Position numbers and translations under genes: made by a program
The notes under the pieces: model-generated
Seen by the model: only the letters and a program-made list of their open reading frames with translations
Told to the model about the DNA's origin: nothing
Database searches by the model: none
Shown: piece by piece, positions 8,313 through 17,252 of the stretch
How positions within the stretch are numbered: position 1 is the stretch's first letter
Layout of the letters: each line of letters begins with the position of its first letter
IMG/VR virus record: IMGVR_UViG_3300018080_000003
Span: 79,728 to 143,727 of that record
Source: a virus
Reading direction: 5' to 3' (one strand)
Length of the DNA stretch: 64,000 nt

Positions 8313-8570
8313 TCAGGCCGCGTCCTCGTCGGCGACCATCAGCACCACGTGGTGCCGCGACCCGCCGTCGGTGGTCCCGCAGCAGTCGCACGAGCGCCAC
8401 GAGAACTCCTCGTCGCGCTCCGCGTCGCCGTTGCAGAGCCATCCTTCCTGCGAGAGCGCATCCAGCCCCTCGGCTACCTCGCGCTCGCGCTCGTCGGTGA
8501 TGTCATCCACGTAGCCGTGCGCAATCGTGTGCACACAGTCCACGCAAACCTCTAGGTCGTGAGTTTGCAT
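8313..8570 (-). CDS. Small CxxC Zn-binding protein, first gene of the leftward arm
   Basis: CVDC and FSWRSCDCCG motifs; AGGAGG RBS. Confidence 0.75.
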   Translation of the reverse strand: MQTHDLEVCVDCVHTIAHGYVDDITDEREREVAEGLDALSQEGWLCNGDAERDEEFSWRSCDCCGTTDGGSRHHVVLMVADEDAA

Positions 8571-8862
8571 ATCTGTCCTCCTGTCGCCCACTAGGGCAAC
8601 GCTGACCCCCGTTGCGCTCTGCAGCGCCCCGGGCCGTCGTTCCACCCCCTGCCCCACCGCTGCACCCCGATGCCCCTGGCCTGTGAAGCGTGACGCTAAT
8701 AGTAATTAGCGTCACGTATAACATGGTACGTTACGGTTACTGAAATATCGTCACGCACCACACAACAAGTAAAACGGGGGTCAGCGGTGGGGCAGGGGGT
8801 GACCGGCAGGGTCGAGGCACAACGGGGTGCCGCGATGGTACAGCCGGTGAGAGGACATACAG
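8571..8862. promoter_or_regulatory. Divergent control region with a central 28-bp palindrome and 20-bp flanking inverted repeats
   Basis: Genes diverge here. Palindrome at 8689-8716; inverted repeats 8643-8662/8782-8801 and 8600-8613/8773-8786; core is AT-richer than its surroundings. Confidence 0.8.
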
Positions 8863-9069
8863 ATGACCAAGCTACTTACTAAGAGCATCGAGCGATGGCG
8901 CGCTACGGCGAGTCAGCGTCGCTTGCACGGCGGTGCGACCGTCACGCGGTTCTTCGTCTGCGAAGCGGACGGGGAGCGCCACGGCGAATTCGTCGGTTAT
9001 GGCCGAACGCCTGGCGACCGTAAGAGCTATGCCATGGCTGCCGCCCGCAAAGCGTGGGGGCTGTCATGA
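8863..9069 (+). CDS. Hypothetical protein, first gene of the rightward arm
   Basis: GAGGA RBS plus ATG. Confidence 0.7.
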   Translation: MTKLLTKSIERWRATASQRRLHGGATVTRFFVCEADGERHGEFVGYGRTPGDRKSYAMAAARKAWGLS

Positions 9070-9269
9070 TGCGGCTCTGCTACTACCCAGCGAACGTGGC
9101 TTGGGGGTTCGTCTTTGGCGACACCCCGATCCGCATGGGCGACGGGCCGCTGCTCTACAGCGGGAAGAACGCCAAGGCGAGGGCCAAGGCGGACGCGGCG
9201 CGGCAGGGCCTGACGGTCGTGCTCGGACGCGTGGTTCCCGCGGGGCCTAACCGCGACGCGGCTCGCTGA
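9066..9269 (+). CDS. Hypothetical protein
   Basis: ATGA overlap. Confidence 0.65.
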   Translation: MMRLCYYPANVAWGFVFGDTPIRMGDGPLLYSGKNAKARAKADAARQGLTVVLGRVVPAGPNRDAAR

Positions 9270-9276
9270 GCCGTTC

Positions 9277-9345
9277 GGGCAGCTTGCTGCCCTGCTTTCA
9301 GCTCGCATGCCAGACATGCGGGCTGAAAGGAGGACAACAACCATG
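9277..9345 (+). repeat. Two-hairpin/RBS element, copy E
   Basis: GGGCAGCTTGCTGCCC, CTTTCAGC...GCTGAAAG stem, GAGGACAACAACC-ATG. Confidence 0.85.
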
Positions 9346-9792
9346 AAAACTATCGAGCTGAAACAAGACACGATTCTCGTGTCGGCAACGACGCCCCTCG
9401 GAAGCCCGATCCTCACTGAGGACGACGGCATGGGCCCGCTCTGGGCCTGGAGCGACAACCCCTACGGTGGCGTCTCTGCCATCGTTCGGGCGCAGTCCTA
9501 CGAGAAGGCTCTGGAGATCGTTTACGATCTCCTGCCGACGATCCCGGAAGACGAGGTGCACGAGGCCTATGGCTTCGACTGCGAGGGCGAGTTCCAAGCG
9601 GCCATCTCGCGGGGCGAGCAGCCGGAGCTGATCGAAGGCTACCACGACCAAGCCAACAGGAGCGGCACGGGAATTGTCTCCGTCGACCACTGCGAGCGCA
9701 TGTGGAAGCTGGACCACGAAAACGCAAAGTATGCGGTCCGGCTGAAGGTGCGTCACTTGGACGACGTTCTTCTCGACGACTTGTTCGATTGA
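9343..9792 (+). CDS. Hypothetical acidic protein
   Basis: Starts at repeat copy E. Confidence 0.8.
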   Translation: MKTIELKQDTILVSATTPLGSPILTEDDGMGPLWAWSDNPYGGVSAIVRAQSYEKALEIVYDLLPTIPEDEVHEAYGFDCEGEFQAAISRGEQPELIEGYHDQANRSGTGIVSVDHCERMWKLDHENAKYAVRLKVRHLDDVLLDDLFD

Positions 9793-9799
9793 GATGTCA

Positions 9800-9869
9800 G
9801 GGCAGCTTGCTGCCCTCGTCTCTGGGCACATGCACGACATGTGCCTAGAGAGGAGGACAACAACATGAA
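9800..9869 (+). repeat. Two-hairpin/RBS element, copy F
   Basis: Identical to copy B in inverted orientation. Confidence 0.9.
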
Positions 9870-10140
9870 GTATGCGACAAAACGCTTGCTCGATTCCGTC
9901 TGGACCGTGGCATTCACGGTCACGAAGGATGGCAAGGCAACGATCCACGGCTACAGCCGTGACTGCCAGCTGGGTTACGACCTGGAGGGCGATCTTCCGG
10001 TGTGCCGGCTCATCGAGGGTCCAGGCCGTGAGGTAAAGGCGCTCGACGTCAAGCTCGCGACCGAAGCGGGCTCGCGTTCGACCTTGTATCAGGTGTCGAA
10101 CCCTCGGCACGTATTCAGCTACGGCGAGGTACAGGTATGA
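9865..10140 (+). CDS. Hypothetical protein
   Basis: Starts at repeat copy F. Confidence 0.75.
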   Translation: MKYATKRLLDSVWTVAFTVTKDGKATIHGYSRDCQLGYDLEGDLPVCRLIEGPGREVKALDVKLATEAGSRSTLYQVSNPRHVFSYGEVQV

Positions 10141-10310
10141 CGACCACCAGGCGTGCACGGCGCTTCGCGAACCAATACGGGTTCGGCTCCGATCTTCGAA
10201 AGCTCAAGCGGCCGGCTCGGCGGCGCGAGCGCCGCAACATCAACCAGGCGATCCGACGCGGCGACTACGATGCGGCGATGCGCCCCCTGACAGAGAGGTA
10301 CGTGGCATGA
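10137..10310 (+). CDS. Small Arg-rich protein (57 aa)
   Basis: Manual translation; ATGA overlaps at both ends. Confidence 0.65.
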   Translation: MTTTRRARRFANQYGFGSDLRKLKRPARRRERRNINQAIRRGDYDAAMRPLTERYVA

Positions 10311-10477
10311 ACAAGAACACGGAGAAAGCCGCCAGGTTTCATATCCGCTGCTGCCTGCGACGTGGGCGCAGCAAAAGCCAGGCCTACAACCAGCTGACGC
10401 GAGCGTTCGGCTATGGTCCGGACATCGGTGCACTCATCGACGATGAGTACGAGAAAGCGAAAGGGGACGTGGCATGA
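10307..10477 (+). CDS. Small hypothetical protein (56 aa)
   Basis: Manual translation; ATGA overlaps at both ends. Confidence 0.65.
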   Translation: MNKNTEKAARFHIRCCLRRGRSKSQAYNQLTRAFGYGPDIGALIDDEYEKAKGDVA

Positions 10478-10713
10478 ATCTGAACGGCAACATCAAGCAT
10501 GGCCGCTTCGGCGGCGACGTGTTGGCGGCTACGCGCTGGGAGAAGAGGGAAGGCATGCGAAAGAGTCGTGTCGTCCTGATCCAGATCGCCAGCGAGTGGT
10601 GTACAGCCATCCACTGCGAGGGGGATTATGAGTGGCTGTACGGCAAGTACTTCGTGACCCCGGAAGCGGCGTGGGAGAGCTTCACGGAGCGGGCGCGAGA
10701 CTTGCTCTCGTGA
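10474..10713 (+). CDS. Hypothetical protein
   Basis: ATGA-coupled ORF. Confidence 0.7.
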   Translation: MNLNGNIKHGRFGGDVLAATRWEKREGMRKSRVVLIQIASEWCTAIHCEGDYEWLYGKYFVTPEAAWESFTERARDLLS

Positions 10714-10719
10714 GGCGAT

Positions 10720-10788
10720 AAGACAGCAGGGATGCTGTCTTCCTTTCGGTGCCTGGCATGGGTCAGGCTTCGAAAGGAGGACAACATG
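10720..10788 (+). repeat. Two-hairpin/RBS element, divergent copy G
   Basis: AGACAGCA-GGGA-TGCTGTCT, TCCTTTCG...CGAAAGGA stem, GGACAAC-ATG. Confidence 0.7.
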
Positions 10789-11070
10789 AACACGTTCAAC
10801 ATCAAGACGGACGAGCACGGCGATCAGACCGTCGAGATCCGAAACGAGCAGGGCGACGTGGTGGCTGAGATCATCGCGGTGCCCGTCAGCAAAGATGGCA
10901 TGAGCATCGACGTTCGGCCGATGGTTCACGCCAGGGTGCAGAACATCGTTTTCGGTGTCGATGAGATGGATCGCATGAGCGACCGCTTCGTGTACAACAC
11001 CAAGAACCACAACGGCAACATCAACGATGTTTGCCTCCCCTTCGTGTGCGTGGAGGTCAACCCGTCATGA
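10786..11070 (+). CDS. Hypothetical protein
   Basis: Starts at repeat copy G. Confidence 0.75.
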   Translation: MNTFNIKTDEHGDQTVEIRNEQGDVVAEIIAVPVSKDGMSIDVRPMVHARVQNIVFGVDEMDRMSDRFVYNTKNHNGNINDVCLPFVCVEVNPS

Positions 11071-11447
11071 GACAGCTACCGGCAAACCTTCAGGGAAAGC
11101 TCATCGAGAGCTACTACGACGGGGGCGAGACCCCGCTCGACTACAACCACCCCGACTTCGACGCGACGCGCGTCGCGACCGCCATCGTGCGGCACGCCTA
11201 CGCGATGGGCATCGAGGAGGGGCGAGACCGCGCCGAAGGTCGCTACCCGATGGTTAACGGGAGGATGGGTGCGCGAGTAAAGCATCCTGTGGGGGGAGAA
11301 GAGGTACACGCACAAGACGCGATCGAAGACCTTGATGGCATCCTTTGTGTGATCCTCAGCCATCTGGTCGGTCGTATGCGGTACACGGAGATGGTCATCG
11401 CGCGGGCTCACCAGGAGCTAGAGCGGGCGGTCGTCAAAGAAGCCTGA
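11067..11447 (+). CDS. Hypothetical protein
   Basis: ATGA-coupled; GGAGG RBS. Confidence 0.7.
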   Translation: MRQLPANLQGKLIESYYDGGETPLDYNHPDFDATRVATAIVRHAYAMGIEEGRDRAEGRYPMVNGRMGARVKHPVGGEEVHAQDAIEDLDGILCVILSHLVGRMRYTEMVIARAHQELERAVVKEA

Positions 11448-11546
11448 GAGGGAAGCGCCTTGCTGGCGCCCCTCGGGGCGCACGAAAGTTCAATCCAATT
11501 GAACGTTCGTGCGGCCCGAGGTGCACGAGCACCCAAGGAGACAAGC

Positions 11547-11935
<389 letters not shown>

Positions 11936-11939
<4 letters not shown>

Positions 11940-12151
11940 ACGGCTCTCCCATCTCTGTGGGCAGCAAGGTGCACGTCGGCGAGCCCTACTCGGACGAGTA
12001 CGACGAGGGCACCGTCGTCGAGCGTGAAGGCGACTGTCTCCTGGTCTTCTGGTCGCGCTGCGGCGAGGAGTACTGGGAGGCAGAGGACGTGCTGAACCAC
12101 GGTCACCCTGGCTGCTGGCCGGAGGTGCCGATCGCTGAGCGCGCGAGCTGA
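11936..12151 (+). CDS. Small acidic, possibly SH3-like protein
   Basis: ISVGSKVHV...GTVV...LLVFW pattern. Confidence 0.65.
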
Positions 12152-12279
12152 GCTGAGTTGAGCGTGCAGACTTGAGCGGCCCTCAGGCCGCCGCCGCGCC
12201 CCTTGGGGCGCCGTGTCCACTCTCCGTCCTCCGGGACGGGGCGTGGCCACGGTGCATCAGGCATCGACAGGAGGACGAC

Positions 12280-12630
12280 ATGGAACGACATCAGATCAAC
12301 AACGAGGACCACGACCGCCAGGCGCTCGAAGCCTGTGCGGCATCCCACGAGCAGTTTCTCCATGAGCTGGGCGCCTTCATGGGCATGCTCAAGGAAGATG
12401 CCGAGGCCAAGGACCTCGACCACACCGACGTCTTTCGGCTCATCGACGAGGCGGCGAAGATCCTGGGTCCGAACACCCGGCTCGATCAGCACGTCCAGTG
12501 CACGCAGGAGCTGATCCGAAACCTCGCGGAGGCCGGGCGCTCGCACCGCATCGCCTGGGTTCGCCGCGGGCTGCAGACCGCTTACAACGGCGCCAAGCGG
12601 CACCGCGACTACCTGAGAGGCGAGCTTTGA
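12280..12630 (+). CDS. Hypothetical protein
   Basis: AGGAGG RBS after a structured spacer. Confidence 0.75.
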   Translation: MERHQINNEDHDRQALEACAASHEQFLHELGAFMGMLKEDAEAKDLDHTDVFRLIDEAAKILGPNTRLDQHVQCTQELIRNLAEAGRSHRIAWVRRGLQTAYNGAKRHRDYLRGEL

Positions 12631-12714
12631 GCTGACCCTTCCTCGCTAGGGCCTGAGGAGCTATCTTCTCGGGCCCCTGCGAGGGCGCGTGAGCCCAACA
12701 GAGGAGAACCAAAG

Positions 12715-12948
12715 ATGATCAGAAGGAAGGCAAGCACGGTGCAGCAGTCACAGCGCGAGCGCGAGAAGGCGCGGGCGTATTGGAACACGCTGATGCCTCA
12801 GGACAAGGAAGCGCTCGCGGACGCGATGGTGTTCGGCGAGAACCTGGTCGAGGCCGGGTTCTTCGAGCGGCTTCCGAGCGGCATCTTCCAGGATGAGCTG
12901 GGCGAGCTGATGGTTCAGCGAGAGATCGACTTCATCCCCCGCGCATGA
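12715..12948 (+). CDS. Hypothetical protein
   Basis: GAGGAG RBS. Confidence 0.7.
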   Translation: MIRRKASTVQQSQREREKARAYWNTLMPQDKEALADAMVFGENLVEAGFFERLPSGIFQDELGELMVQREIDFIPRA

Positions 12949-12971
12949 GCGTGGGTCGAAAGGGGACAGAC

Positions 12972-13355
12972 ATGAACGACGACAAGGCAGGAAAGATCGC
13001 GCTGCTCGCGGCGGAGAACGCGGCGGAAGGCTTCATCTACGGCATGGTGCAACATGCAGCGGAGGCCATCAACAAGCTGGCGGAGGATCACTCAGTGAGA
13101 CTCACCGACGCGAAGATCCGACTCAGTTACGGCCGCCGTCGCGGCATGAACGTGAGCTACGGCTGGCGCGCGGAGATCGAAAAGGGCGCCTTCGACGTGG
13201 ATGAGGGCGCCGTCTACGCGTTGCGCGACATCGCGGAGAACGGTCGGAGCTGGGAGTCGGACGGCGCCGTGAGGGCGGTGGAAACGATGATCTCCTGGAT
13301 GGGAGAGGTCTTCCGCGCTGGATCTCGGCGCCCGTCGTGGGAGGACTCAAAGTGA
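12972..13355 (+). CDS. Hypothetical protein
   Basis: AGGGG RBS plus ATG. Confidence 0.7.
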   Translation: MNDDKAGKIALLAAENAAEGFIYGMVQHAAEAINKLAEDHSVRLTDAKIRLSYGRRRGMNVSYGWRAEIEKGAFDVDEGAVYALRDIAENGRSWESDGAVRAVETMISWMGEVFRAGSRRPSWEDSK

Positions 13356-13615
13356 GCTACAAGAGCCTCAGCGACGCGCCCTGGTGCCAGGCCCTGAACG
13401 ACTGGATCGAATCCCAGAACGCTCGGGTGCTCTGGCGCGAGCTGAAGACGGACCGGGAGGTCAGCTGCTACGAGGCGAAGGGTAAGATCTTCGTGGTCGT
13501 CGCCTACGCCCACGGCTGGGAGCTGCTCATTCCTGCGTCCGCAGACAACGACGTCAAGAAGACGCTGGAGGCCGCGGAGGCCTACCTCAACGCACACCAC
13601 GAAGGAGAAAACTGA
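13352..13615 (+). CDS. Hypothetical protein
   Basis: GTGA overlap; GGAGG RBS. Confidence 0.7.
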   Translation: MSYKSLSDAPWCQALNDWIESQNARVLWRELKTDREVSCYEAKGKIFVVVAYAHGWELLIPASADNDVKKTLEAAEAYLNAHHEGEN

Positions 13616-14031
13616 TGCCATTCATCGTAGGCAAAGAACTGCGCGCTGGAGCGCGCCTGACCATCTCAGCACCGCAGGGGGGAGGCGAGAGTAACCCTGG
13701 AATGACCATCTCCGTCTCAGACGACGCTTCTCTGACGGAGGCTTTGGAGATCCAAATCAGCCACGAGGACCTCATGCGGGCGCTGACCGGCCACGGCTAT
13801 ATCCGATGCCAGGCCACCTGGCGCGTGTCCAAGCTCGGGCTCAAGCGCGAGCACAAGGAAGAGAAAGGTGTGACCGAGGAGAACCTTCACACCTTTGAAG
13901 TCGATGGCTGGAAGGGCCGGAAGGAAGACCTCAAGAACTTCCATCGCAGAACCTACGACAAGAAGAGCGGGGAGTACACCGCTCGCGTTGGCTTCGAGCG
14001 CTGGGTTCCGATCGAGGACGAGGATGTATGA
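13615..14031 (+). CDS. Hypothetical protein
   Basis: TGATG overlap; AAGGAG RBS. Confidence 0.75.
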   Translation: MPFIVGKELRAGARLTISAPQGGGESNPGMTISVSDDASLTEALEIQISHEDLMRALTGHGYIRCQATWRVSKLGLKREHKEEKGVTEENLHTFEVDGWKGRKEDLKNFHRRTYDKKSGEYTARVGFERWVPIEDEDV

Positions 14032-14087
14032 GCCTCGGTTCTTCCCTCGGCTGGGGGACGTCAAGCTCATCCAGGAAGGCAAGAGAG

Positions 14088-14117
14088 TTGACTCAGACTC
14101 GTAACAGGCGTTACAAC
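14088..14117 (+). promoter_or_regulatory. Promoter with a GTAAC-N4-GTTAC box
   Basis: TTGACT at 14088; GTAACaggcGTTAC at 14101-14114 overlaps the -10 position. Confidence 0.6.
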
Positions 14118-14140
14118 AGACATCGAAAGGGGAACAACAC

Positions 14141-15343
14141 ATGACTGCCAAGCTCAAGGCTGTGGAAGAACAGCCCAAGACCAACCCACTGCACGACAAG
14201 GTCGTGTCCATCCGCCGCGCCCTTGAGGGCGCCATGCTGGAGCGCGAGGACGCGATCGAAGCGCTCATGCTCGCGTTCGTGACGCAGGAGCACGTCGTCT
14301 TCGAGGGGCCGCCCGGCACGGGCAAGAGCTACTTCGTCGATGCGCTCTTCTCGTGCATGGAGGCCGACAACCGCTACGTGCGGCGGCTCATCCACAAGTT
14401 CATGACCCCGACCGAGTTAATCGGCGGGATGGACCTGAAGCACTTCCAGGAGCACGGCCGGGTGCGCACGGTCATCGAGCGCGGCCCGGCTACGGCGGAG
14501 GCGGTGTTCCTGGATGAGATCTTCAAAGCGAACGGCGCGTGCCTCAACTCCCTACTCAGCCTGCTCAACGAGCGGCTGTTCATGGACCAGGAGCGAGGGA
14601 CCATCGAGGTGCCCCTGCGCATGTGCGCGGCGGCCTCCAACGAATTCCCCGAGGACAAGAGCCTCGCGGCGCTGTACGACCGGTTCCTGTTCCGCTGCCA
14701 GGTGAGCTTCCTGCGGCCCGAAAACCGCAAGCGGCTGCTCATGCGCAAGGCTGGCCAGGACAAGCGGGCGCAGGCCTTCGAGCCGCCCGTTCAGCTCACT
14801 ACCGACGAGTGGGATCAGATCGCCGCCGAGGCCGACGAGGTCACCATCCCCGAGGCCGTCATCGACGCCATCCAGAGCTTGGAGCACAAGCTCTTTCACG
14901 AGCACGGCCTTACCAGCTCCGACCGGCGCTTCGTTCAAGCCCTGCGCGCCATCAAGGCCGCTGCCTGGCTCGATGGGGACGACGAGGCCGACGTCAGCCA
15001 CATCGAGGCCCTTCGCTTCGTGCTCTGGGACACCCCCGAGCAGCGGGAGAAGGTCGAGGACGCCATCGCAGCCATGGACCAGGGTGAGACCAAGGCGCTC
15101 ATCGACGCCATGGACAACGCCCTGCGCGCCTTCCACAGCCGCCCCACCGAGAACGCGGCCCTCTACGAGGCCATCCCGCAGATCCTCGCAGGCATCAAGG
15201 CTGCCGCCGAGCAGGCCCGCGAAGCGGTCACCTCCGGCCGGCTCTCGCGCAAAAACGTCGACAAGATCAAGCGCCGCGGCGCTGAGGTCGCCGAAGCGCA
15301 CAAGGAACTCATCAAGCTCATGCAGTCTGGGGTGGAGTTCTGA
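14141..15343 (+). CDS. MoxR/RavA-like AAA+ ATPase
   Basis: Walker A GPPGTGKS, Walker B VFLDEIFKA, AASNEFP, ALYDRF, SDRRF. Confidence 0.9.
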   Translation: MTAKLKAVEEQPKTNPLHDKVVSIRRALEGAMLEREDAIEALMLAFVTQEHVVFEGPPGTGKSYFVDALFSCMEADNRYVRRLIHKFMTPTELIGGMDLKHFQEHGRVRTVIERGPATAEAVFLDEIFKANGACLNSLLSLLNERLFMDQERGTIEVPLRMCAAASNEFPEDKSLAALYDRFLFRCQVSFLRPENRKRLLMRKAGQDKRAQAFEPPVQLTTDEWDQIAAEADEVTIPEAVIDAIQSLEHKLFHEHGLTSSDRRFVQALRAIKAAAWLDGDDEADVSHIEALRFVLWDTPEQREKVEDAIAAMDQGETKALIDAMDNALRAFHSRPTENAALYEAIPQILAGIKAAAEQAREAVTSGRLSRKNVDKIKRRGAEVAEAHKELIKLMQSGVEF

Positions 15344-15347
15344 GGTC

Positions 15348-15722
15348 ATGACCTACACCCACCAAGTCCCCAGCTACAAGCATGGACCCACGGCCAAGGC
15401 GCTCATCGCGCAAGGCTGGGCCCTGCACGTCGTGGAGACCTACAGCAGCAAGAACTACACGGACCTTCTCATCCGGATCATCCCCGCCGCTGAGACCCTC
15501 GCCGGTCTCGCCGCCGATGAGGGCATCCGCATGCTCAAGCTCGATCGCTACGACATCAATGTCCGCGTCCGCATGGACGAGTCCGCGCCTCCCAGCATCG
15601 ACGATGCCGTCGAGTATGCCTCCAGGTGCTTCGCCAAGAGCATCCACAACACCCTCGGCCGCTACGTCGAGCGCCTTCAGTCCGTCCTCAGCCGTGTCCC
15701 CGTCCCTCAGGAGAAGTCATGA
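15348..15722 (+). CDS. Hypothetical protein between the AAA+ and vWA genes
   Basis: ATG 15348; ATGA-coupled to the next gene. Confidence 0.7.
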   Translation: MTYTHQVPSYKHGPTAKALIAQGWALHVVETYSSKNYTDLLIRIIPAAETLAGLAADEGIRMLKLDRYDINVRVRMDESAPPSIDDAVEYASRCFAKSIHNTLGRYVERLQSVLSRVPVPQEKS

Positions 15723-16846
15723 GCATCGAAACATCCTCTGCCTGGAAGGCTGCCACTGGCGCCTTCAGTCCAGATCCCGGCTCTTGGGCCGAAGCGTTCA
15801 TGGACACGATGCCTCAGCAGTACGCTTCCCTGCTCGCGAGAGGTGGCCCGGCCCTGGACTGCGCCGTCAAGCGGCACAACGAAGCGAAGACCAACATGTT
15901 CTCCCAAGGTCACCGAAGCCCCTTCCACATGCGAGAGACCTGCCGCGAAGCTTGGAGACGCTTCCAGGAAGAAGCAGAGCGGCGTGAGTCTCTCGAATTC
16001 GGCCTCGGCTTCGACCAGTCCGACAGCTGGGACCACAGTTTCCGTGCCGAGCTGCCCCAGAAACTGCGACCCGCCAAGGTCTACGACATCGCCCGGCTCG
16101 CCGGCCGGCTGGTCGTCGCGCTGCGTGGAGAGAAGGCAAAGAAGGTCTCTTCTGTACCCGAGGAGGTCTACGACGTCGAGCTGGGCGGTGACCCCTCCCG
16201 TCTGCTCACCAGCGAACTGATGCACCTCGGGCAACCCACCGAGCTGATGCTCCTCAACCGCATCAACGAGCAGCGCGCCCTGCAGTACAAGCTGCGCGGA
16301 GAAGCAGCCGCCAAGCGCGGACCGCTGATCATCGCCATCGACGAGTCGGGCTCGATGGGCGGAAGCGGCTTCAAGCGCGGCGTCTGGGCCAAGGCTGCCG
16401 CTGTGGCGCTCACCCGTCTGGCCTGGGAGGACGATCGGCCCGTCATCTGGGTCCACTGGTCGACCACCGTCAGCAGCACGGAGATGCCCAAGCCCGACAA
16501 AGACAAGCTCGCCTACGCCATCCGGCACTTCTACGGCGGAGGTAACGACTGCGCAAAGGCGCTTTCCCGAGCAGGCAAGCTTGTCTGCCGGCTCCGTGAG
16601 GCTGGCCATCCAGGAGGAGACGTCATTCTCATCACCGACGGGGTCGAGAAGTGGGGCGAAGAAATCGAGCACGCCATCGACAGCATCGAAGACAGTGACG
16701 CGCGGCTCTGGACCATCGGCATCGAGGTCGACTGTCGCATTGAGGCAGACGCACCCATCCGCGCCCGCGCCGCGGCCTACACGGCCATCAAAGAGGGCGG
16801 TCTTAGCCAGGCTGACCTCGGAAGCGCGAAGGGAGCGGTGCTGTGA
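15719..16846 (+). CDS. ViaA/CoxE-like von Willebrand A domain protein
   Basis: MIDAS motif IDESGSM, GGGND, ILITDG; typical partner of MoxR ATPases. Confidence 0.85.
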   Translation: MSIETSSAWKAATGAFSPDPGSWAEAFMDTMPQQYASLLARGGPALDCAVKRHNEAKTNMFSQGHRSPFHMRETCREAWRRFQEEAERRESLEFGLGFDQSDSWDHSFRAELPQKLRPAKVYDIARLAGRLVVALRGEKAKKVSSVPEEVYDVELGGDPSRLLTSELMHLGQPTELMLLNRINEQRALQYKLRGEAAAKRGPLIIAIDESGSMGGSGFKRGVWAKAAAVALTRLAWEDDRPVIWVHWSTTVSSTEMPKPDKDKLAYAIRHFYGGGNDCAKALSRAGKLVCRLREAGHPGGDVILITDGVEKWGEEIEHAIDSIEDSDARLWTIGIEVDCRIEADAPIRARAAAYTAIKEGGLSQADLGSAKGAVL

Positions 16847-17058
16847 GCCAGCCGCTCGAACTCGGACGAGTCTGCTTCACCAGGCACCGTACGCAAGAAA
16901 CAAACTCAGATCCAGAAGTTGCATCCCCACCAAAGCAAGTCTCCGGTTGCCAGCCTTGGGCCCTGGACCTCGACGCCGGCTTTCAGACGGTCATCATCGA
17001 AGGCGAGTGCTGGGTCGTCGTCAGATGGATCGCCTGGAGATCTGAGGAAAAACAATGA
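16843..17058 (+). CDS. Hypothetical protein
   Basis: GTGA-coupled ORF. Confidence 0.5.
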   Translation: MSQPLELGRVCFTRHRTQETNSDPEVASPPKQVSGCQPWALDLDAGFQTVIIEGECWVVVRWIAWRSEEKQ

Positions 17059-17252
17059 AAATGAAGAAGCTTGAACCCACGTTCGAAAAGAAACTCACCA
17101 TCCCTTACGGTCAGCACGACGTCCAGTACGACTACCAGAAAGACGTCCTCTGGCTCCGACTGAGGGATGGCCACAACGTCATGCTTGGGTCCCTTTCTGT
17201 CTTCAAGGGCAGGGTCGAAGGGATCCTCTCTGACATCGAGAAGCACCGATGA
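17055..17252 (+). CDS. Hypothetical protein
   Basis: Coupled ORF with RBS. Confidence 0.65.
   Translation: MKMKKLEPTFEKKLTIPYGQHDVQYDYQKDVLWLRLRDGHNVMLGSLSVFKGRVEGILSDIEKHR

Noticed and set aside
10300-10478. ACGTGGCATGAA repeated at two consecutive gene junctions
   Set aside because: Only 12 bp and partly explained by the ATGA stop/start overlap, so too weak to call a separate element.
6401-10788. Repeats as a CRISPR array or as integron attC sites
   Set aside because: The copies are separated by whole genes rather than 30-40 bp spacers, and no cas genes are present. They lack the RYYYAAC/GTTRRRY attC ends and include the RBS and ATG.
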